Shown: piece by piece, positions 6,971-9,242 of the stretch
Layout of the letters: the number at the start of each line of letters is the position of its first letter
Numbering within the stretch: the first letter of the stretch is position 1
IMG/VR virus record: IMGVR_UViG_2700989544_000006
Length of the DNA: 9,242 nucleotides
Reading direction: 5' to 3' (one strand)
Source: a virus
Lineage: Duplodnaviria; Heunggongvirae; Uroviricota; Caudoviricetes
Made by a program: the position numbers and the translations under genes
Notes under the pieces: model-generated
Told to the model about the DNA's origin: nothing
Database searches by the model: none
What the model saw: the letters and a program-made list of their open reading frames with translations, nothing else

Positions 6971-7551
6971 GCGTTAGTTTCTCCACAACCAGAAGCAATC
7001 GACGCCACGACGCCCGGAGCTGCACACTCGCGGGCGTTACTCTTTTCCGGCGCACAAAAAACACGAAATAACAGTGTTAAATGCTCCTGCCACTTCGCCA
7101 TTACTTGGTAGCTGTTCTCTTCGATTTGCTCACGCTCAGCCTGGTCAATAACTCCATCAGCAGTTGCCTTGCGTAAGTACTGGGAATGCTTGCCAATCCA
7201 TTCTATTGACTCCATCAGCCGCTGATTAATGTCACCATTGTCAATGTCATCAATGACCACCAGCGGCACAAACACCCCATTACTACGACGGGCTATTGCA
7301 TCTGTTACATGCCTGGTACCACTGGCATCCTGTAAAACCATGGCCCACTCAAGTGGAAAAATTTGATCCCCACCGCTACGCAGTCTGTTATGCAATTGAT
7401 CTTTTGCTGGGGTGATATCATCAGATTTATACAAACCAAGAATTTCTGCTGCTTCCTCATAGCCATGAGGTAAATCAGCAATCGTTCTTCGTATTGCTGC
7501 CACCAGCCATGCTGGTTGTTTATCAACTTTCCATTCAGGTTCTTTACCCAC
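6967..7551 (-). CDS. YdaT/CII-like early regulatory protein
   Basis: 194 aa, immediately downstream of the Cro/YdaS-like gene, in the position held by cII or ydaT in lambdoid and Rac-like prophages. AGGA RBS 8 nt upstream. Family assignment is from position and general resemblance, not a confirmed domain hit. Confidence 0.45.
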   Translation of the reverse strand: MGKEPEWKVDKQPAWLVAAIRRTIADLPHGYEEAAEILGLYKSDDITPAKDQLHNRLRSGGDQIFPLEWAMVLQDASGTRHVTDAIARRSNGVFVPLVVIDDIDNGDINQRLMESIEWIGKHSQYLRKATADGVIDQAEREQIEENSYQVMAKWQEHLTLLFRVFCAPEKSNARECAAPGVVASIASGCGETNA

Positions 7552-7578
7552 GGTTAATTCCTCATTTCTGTGGTGTTT

Positions 7579-7776
7579 TTATGCCGCAGCACTGTTAGTC
7601 TTTTGATATAAAGACACGTCAACTTTCAGTTTCCCGTTAGTAATTTTTTCTAACTGGTACGCTCGGCCTTCAGGAATAATCTCAGGCCACTCTGAAACAG
7701 ACGGATGCTTAATACCTAGGGCTTCGGCGGTTTTACAAACTCCGCCGAAATAATTAATCACGTCGGATTTCCGCAT
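7579..7776 (-). CDS. Cro/YdaS-family HTH transcriptional regulator
   Basis: 65 aa; FGGVCKTAEALGIKHPSVSEWPE...IPEGRAYQLEKITNGKL fits the YdaS/Cro pattern. Divergent from the cI-like gene across the operator region. RBS GGGAGA 5 nt upstream. Confidence 0.7.
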   Translation of the reverse strand: MRKSDVINYFGGVCKTAEALGIKHPSVSEWPEIIPEGRAYQLEKITNGKLKVDVSLYQKTNSAAA

Positions 7777-7807
7777 TTCTGTCTCCCGTTAAATTACGTT
7801 AAGCAGA

Positions 7808-7873
7808 AATGTAGGATATCCAACATGCCAATGTCAAGAATCCTACATGGGCATGTGGTAGGATTGCCTACAT
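7808..7873. promoter_or_regulatory. Right operator region (OR) with pR-like promoter for the cro-like gene
   Basis: 18-bp near-palindromic operator ATGTAGGATATCCAACAT (7809-7826), plus related palindromic elements TCCTACATGGGCATGTGGTAGGA (7841-7863) and GTAGGATTGCCTAC (7858-7871), the last overlapping the cI start. Minus-strand promoter: -35 TTGACA (7832-7837), 18-nt spacer, -10 TACATT (7808-7813). Confidence 0.6.
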
Positions 7874-8525
7874 GATGAACATGAGTGATCGTATTCGCCA
7901 AAGGCGAAAAGAACTGAACCTGACACAACAAGCACTGGCTGATTTGACTGGTGTGAACCGTGTCACGGTTACTGGATGGGAAAAGGACGACTACCAACCA
8001 AATGGAGCCAACCTTCAAGCCCTAGCCAACGCACTTAAATGCGATCCTCTGTGGCTTGTTAGCGGAAAAGGCTCGCCTGAACCAAAGATAAATCTAAAAC
8101 CTGAAATATTCGCAGTTAAAAAAGTCCCCCTCATCTCGTGGGTTCAGGCGGGTTCATGGACAATGACGGAGCCTGGTGTCAGGAAAGAAGATGCTGAAGA
8201 GTGGGTTTATACTACCGCCCTTGTATCAGAAATGGCATTTGCACTACGGGTCCGTGGTGATTCAATGACCAATCCCCTCGGCTCACCATCGATACCAGAA
8301 GGTTCTATCGTTATCGTAGAGCCAGATATTATTGATACAGAGTGTATTAACGGAAAAATCGTTGTTGCCCATATCAATGGTGGGCAAGAAGCGACACTCA
8401 AAAAATTTGTTGAGGACTGGCCGAACAGGTATCTCGTCCCACTAAATCCTAACTATAAAACTATTGAATGCGGTGAAAACTGCAGAATAGTTGGTCTTGT
8501 CAAACAAGTAATAATGGATTTTTGA
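7872..8525 (+). CDS. CI-like prophage repressor (HTH plus S24 LexA-like autopeptidase domain)
   Basis: N-terminal XRE-type HTH (LTQQALADLTGVNRVTVTGWEKDD), candidate Ala-Gly cleavage site (VQAGSW), Ser nucleophile in RGDSM and Lys in TLKKF, the CI/LexA architecture. Start could be 7872 or 7881. Confidence 0.85.
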   Translation: MMNMSDRIRQRRKELNLTQQALADLTGVNRVTVTGWEKDDYQPNGANLQALANALKCDPLWLVSGKGSPEPKINLKPEIFAVKKVPLISWVQAGSWTMTEPGVRKEDAEEWVYTTALVSEMAFALRVRGDSMTNPLGSPSIPEGSIVIVEPDIIDTECINGKIVVAHINGGQEATLKKFVEDWPNRYLVPLNPNYKTIECGENCRIVGLVKQVIMDF

Positions 8526-8545
8526 CACATCTTCCTCACTATCGC

Positions 8546-8571
8546 AAAACCGGGGTATCCCCGGTTTTTTT
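8546..8571 (+). terminator. Rho-independent terminator downstream of cI
   Basis: aaaaCCGGGG-tat-CCCCGGttttttt: GC-rich stem followed by 7 T, and A-rich on the 5' side (potentially bidirectional). Confidence 0.7.
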
Positions 8572-8587
8572 ATGAGCCTATCTTTTT

Positions 8588-8641
8588 ATGTAGGATAACC
8601 AACATAAACTCTTGACACTTACATGTTGGATATCCTACATT
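8588..8641 (+). promoter_or_regulatory. Left operator region (OL) with pL-like promoter reading rightward
   Basis: ATGTAGGATAACCAACAT (8588-8605, one mismatch to the OR operator) and ATGTTGGATATCCTACAT (8623-8640, exact reverse complement of the OR operator). -35 TTGACA (8612-8617), 18-nt spacer, -10 TACATT (8636-8641). The promoter core is almost identical to the pR-like promoter. Confidence 0.6.
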
Positions 8642-8799
8642 TGTTTTTAGAGTTGTGGTGAATGCGCAGGCTGATGCGCGAAAGACATTGCAGCTATTGC
8701 GGAAAAGAGCTGTTCGGCGGGGCAATTAAACGCCCGTGAGAGTCTGAAATAACCGCAAGCCGGAGATCAGCACCGGTCACCACAACAGCCACTGCTTTG

Positions 8800-8845
8800 G
8801 CGGTACCAGTTTGTACACTTGCTTCCGGCTGGTACCGCTCTTTTT
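8800..8845 (+). terminator. Hairpin plus U-tract in the pL leader (candidate terminator/attenuator; overlaps a boxA-like CGCTCTTTTTA)
   Basis: Perfect 10-bp stem GCGGTACCAG (8800-8809)/CTGGTACCGC (8829-8838) with a 19-nt loop, followed by TCTTTTT (8839-8845). The sequence CGCTCTTTTTACAA (8836-8849) resembles the boxA consensus of nut/rrn antitermination sites. Confidence 0.3.
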
Positions 8846-8934
8846 ACAAAACAGAGAAGAGCATCACCGGACGACGGGCTCATAACCCAATCCATCCGGG
8901 CGGCTGCCACCGCAGGTGTTCTTCTCTGTTTTGT
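8846..8934 (+). repeat. Perfect 15-bp inverted repeat enclosing a 59-bp GC-rich core in the pL leader
   Basis: ACAAAACAGAGAAGA (8846-8860) and its exact reverse complement TCTTCTCTGTTTTGT (8920-8934), about 35 nt upstream of the RBS of the first pL-operon gene. Confidence 0.5.
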
Positions 8935-8982
8935 GGAGAAACCAACCGGCCTTGCAGGGTCGATATGATGAGGAGCAGCAAA

Positions 8983-9242
8983 ATGGCTAGCGAACGCAGT
9001 ACTGATGTGCAGGCATTTATCGGGGAGCTGGACGGCGGCGTATTTGAAACCAAAATCGGCGCAGTTCTCAGTGAAGTCGCTTCCGGTGTGATGAACACGA
9101 AAACCAAAGGTAAGGTCTCGCTCAACCTGGAAATCGAACCGTTTGATGAGAACCGTGTGAAAATCAAACACAAACTCTCATATGTTCGCCCGACTAACCG
9201 CGGGAAAATTTCCGAAGAAGACACCACCGAAACGCCGATGTA
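8983..9242 (+). CDS. Hypothetical protein, first gene of the pL-like operon (3' end outside the window)
   Basis: ATG at 8983 preceded by GAGGAG 7 nt upstream; open through the window end (MASERSTDVQAFIGELDGGVFETKIGAVLSEV...). Not in the ORF track because it has no stop in the window. It is not Arg-rich, so it does not look like lambda N. Confidence 0.55.
   Translation, partial: MASERSTDVQAFIGELDGGVFETKIGAVLSEVASGVMNTKTKGKVSLNLEIEPFDENRVKIKHKLSYVRPTNRGKISEEDTTETPM

Noticed and set aside
8661-8738. 25-codon ORF (MRRLMRERHCSYCGKELFGGAIKRP) in the pL leader
   Set aside because: No convincing RBS at a usable distance and too short to assess; a leader peptide is possible but unsupported.
8767-9227. 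Minus-strand ORFs 8767-9171 and 8880-9227
   Set aside because: They overlap the structured pL leader and the RBS-supported + strand gene starting at 8983; their translations are Cys/Ser/Arg-rich and look like antisense artefacts.
8983-9242. Calling the first pL-operon gene an N antiterminator
   Set aside because: The N-terminus is acidic and hydrophobic rather than the arginine-rich motif of N proteins; left as hypothetical.

Overview
This window reads as the early-right operon and immunity region of a lambdoid (enterobacterial-type) prophage, almost entirely coded on the minus strand. Right to left: a CI-like repressor (+ strand) diverges from a Cro/YdaS-like gene across an operator region; then a YdaT/CII-like protein, a 397-aa protein with a C-terminal Rha domain, a 74-aa ORF, an O-like replication initiator carrying internal iterons, a phage Dam-type N6-adenine methyltransferase, RusA resolvase, a KilA-N protein, a DUF968/YdfU-like protein and a Q-type antiterminator. 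Downstream of Q lie a pR'/tR'-like region, an AT-rich lipoprotein gene flanked by two near-identical terminator hairpins, and a tRNA-like gene whose 3' acceptor strand cannot pair with its 5' end. Right of cI there is a strong terminator, a second operator/promoter (pL-like), a long structured leader, and the start of a + strand gene that runs off the window. No integrase, transposase, CRISPR array or rRNA is present. All protein calls rest on motifs I recognise by eye from the translations; no database search was run. Nothing here is demonstrably a new system; the best candidates for follow-up are the composite Rha protein, the lipoprotein moron and the structured pL leader.
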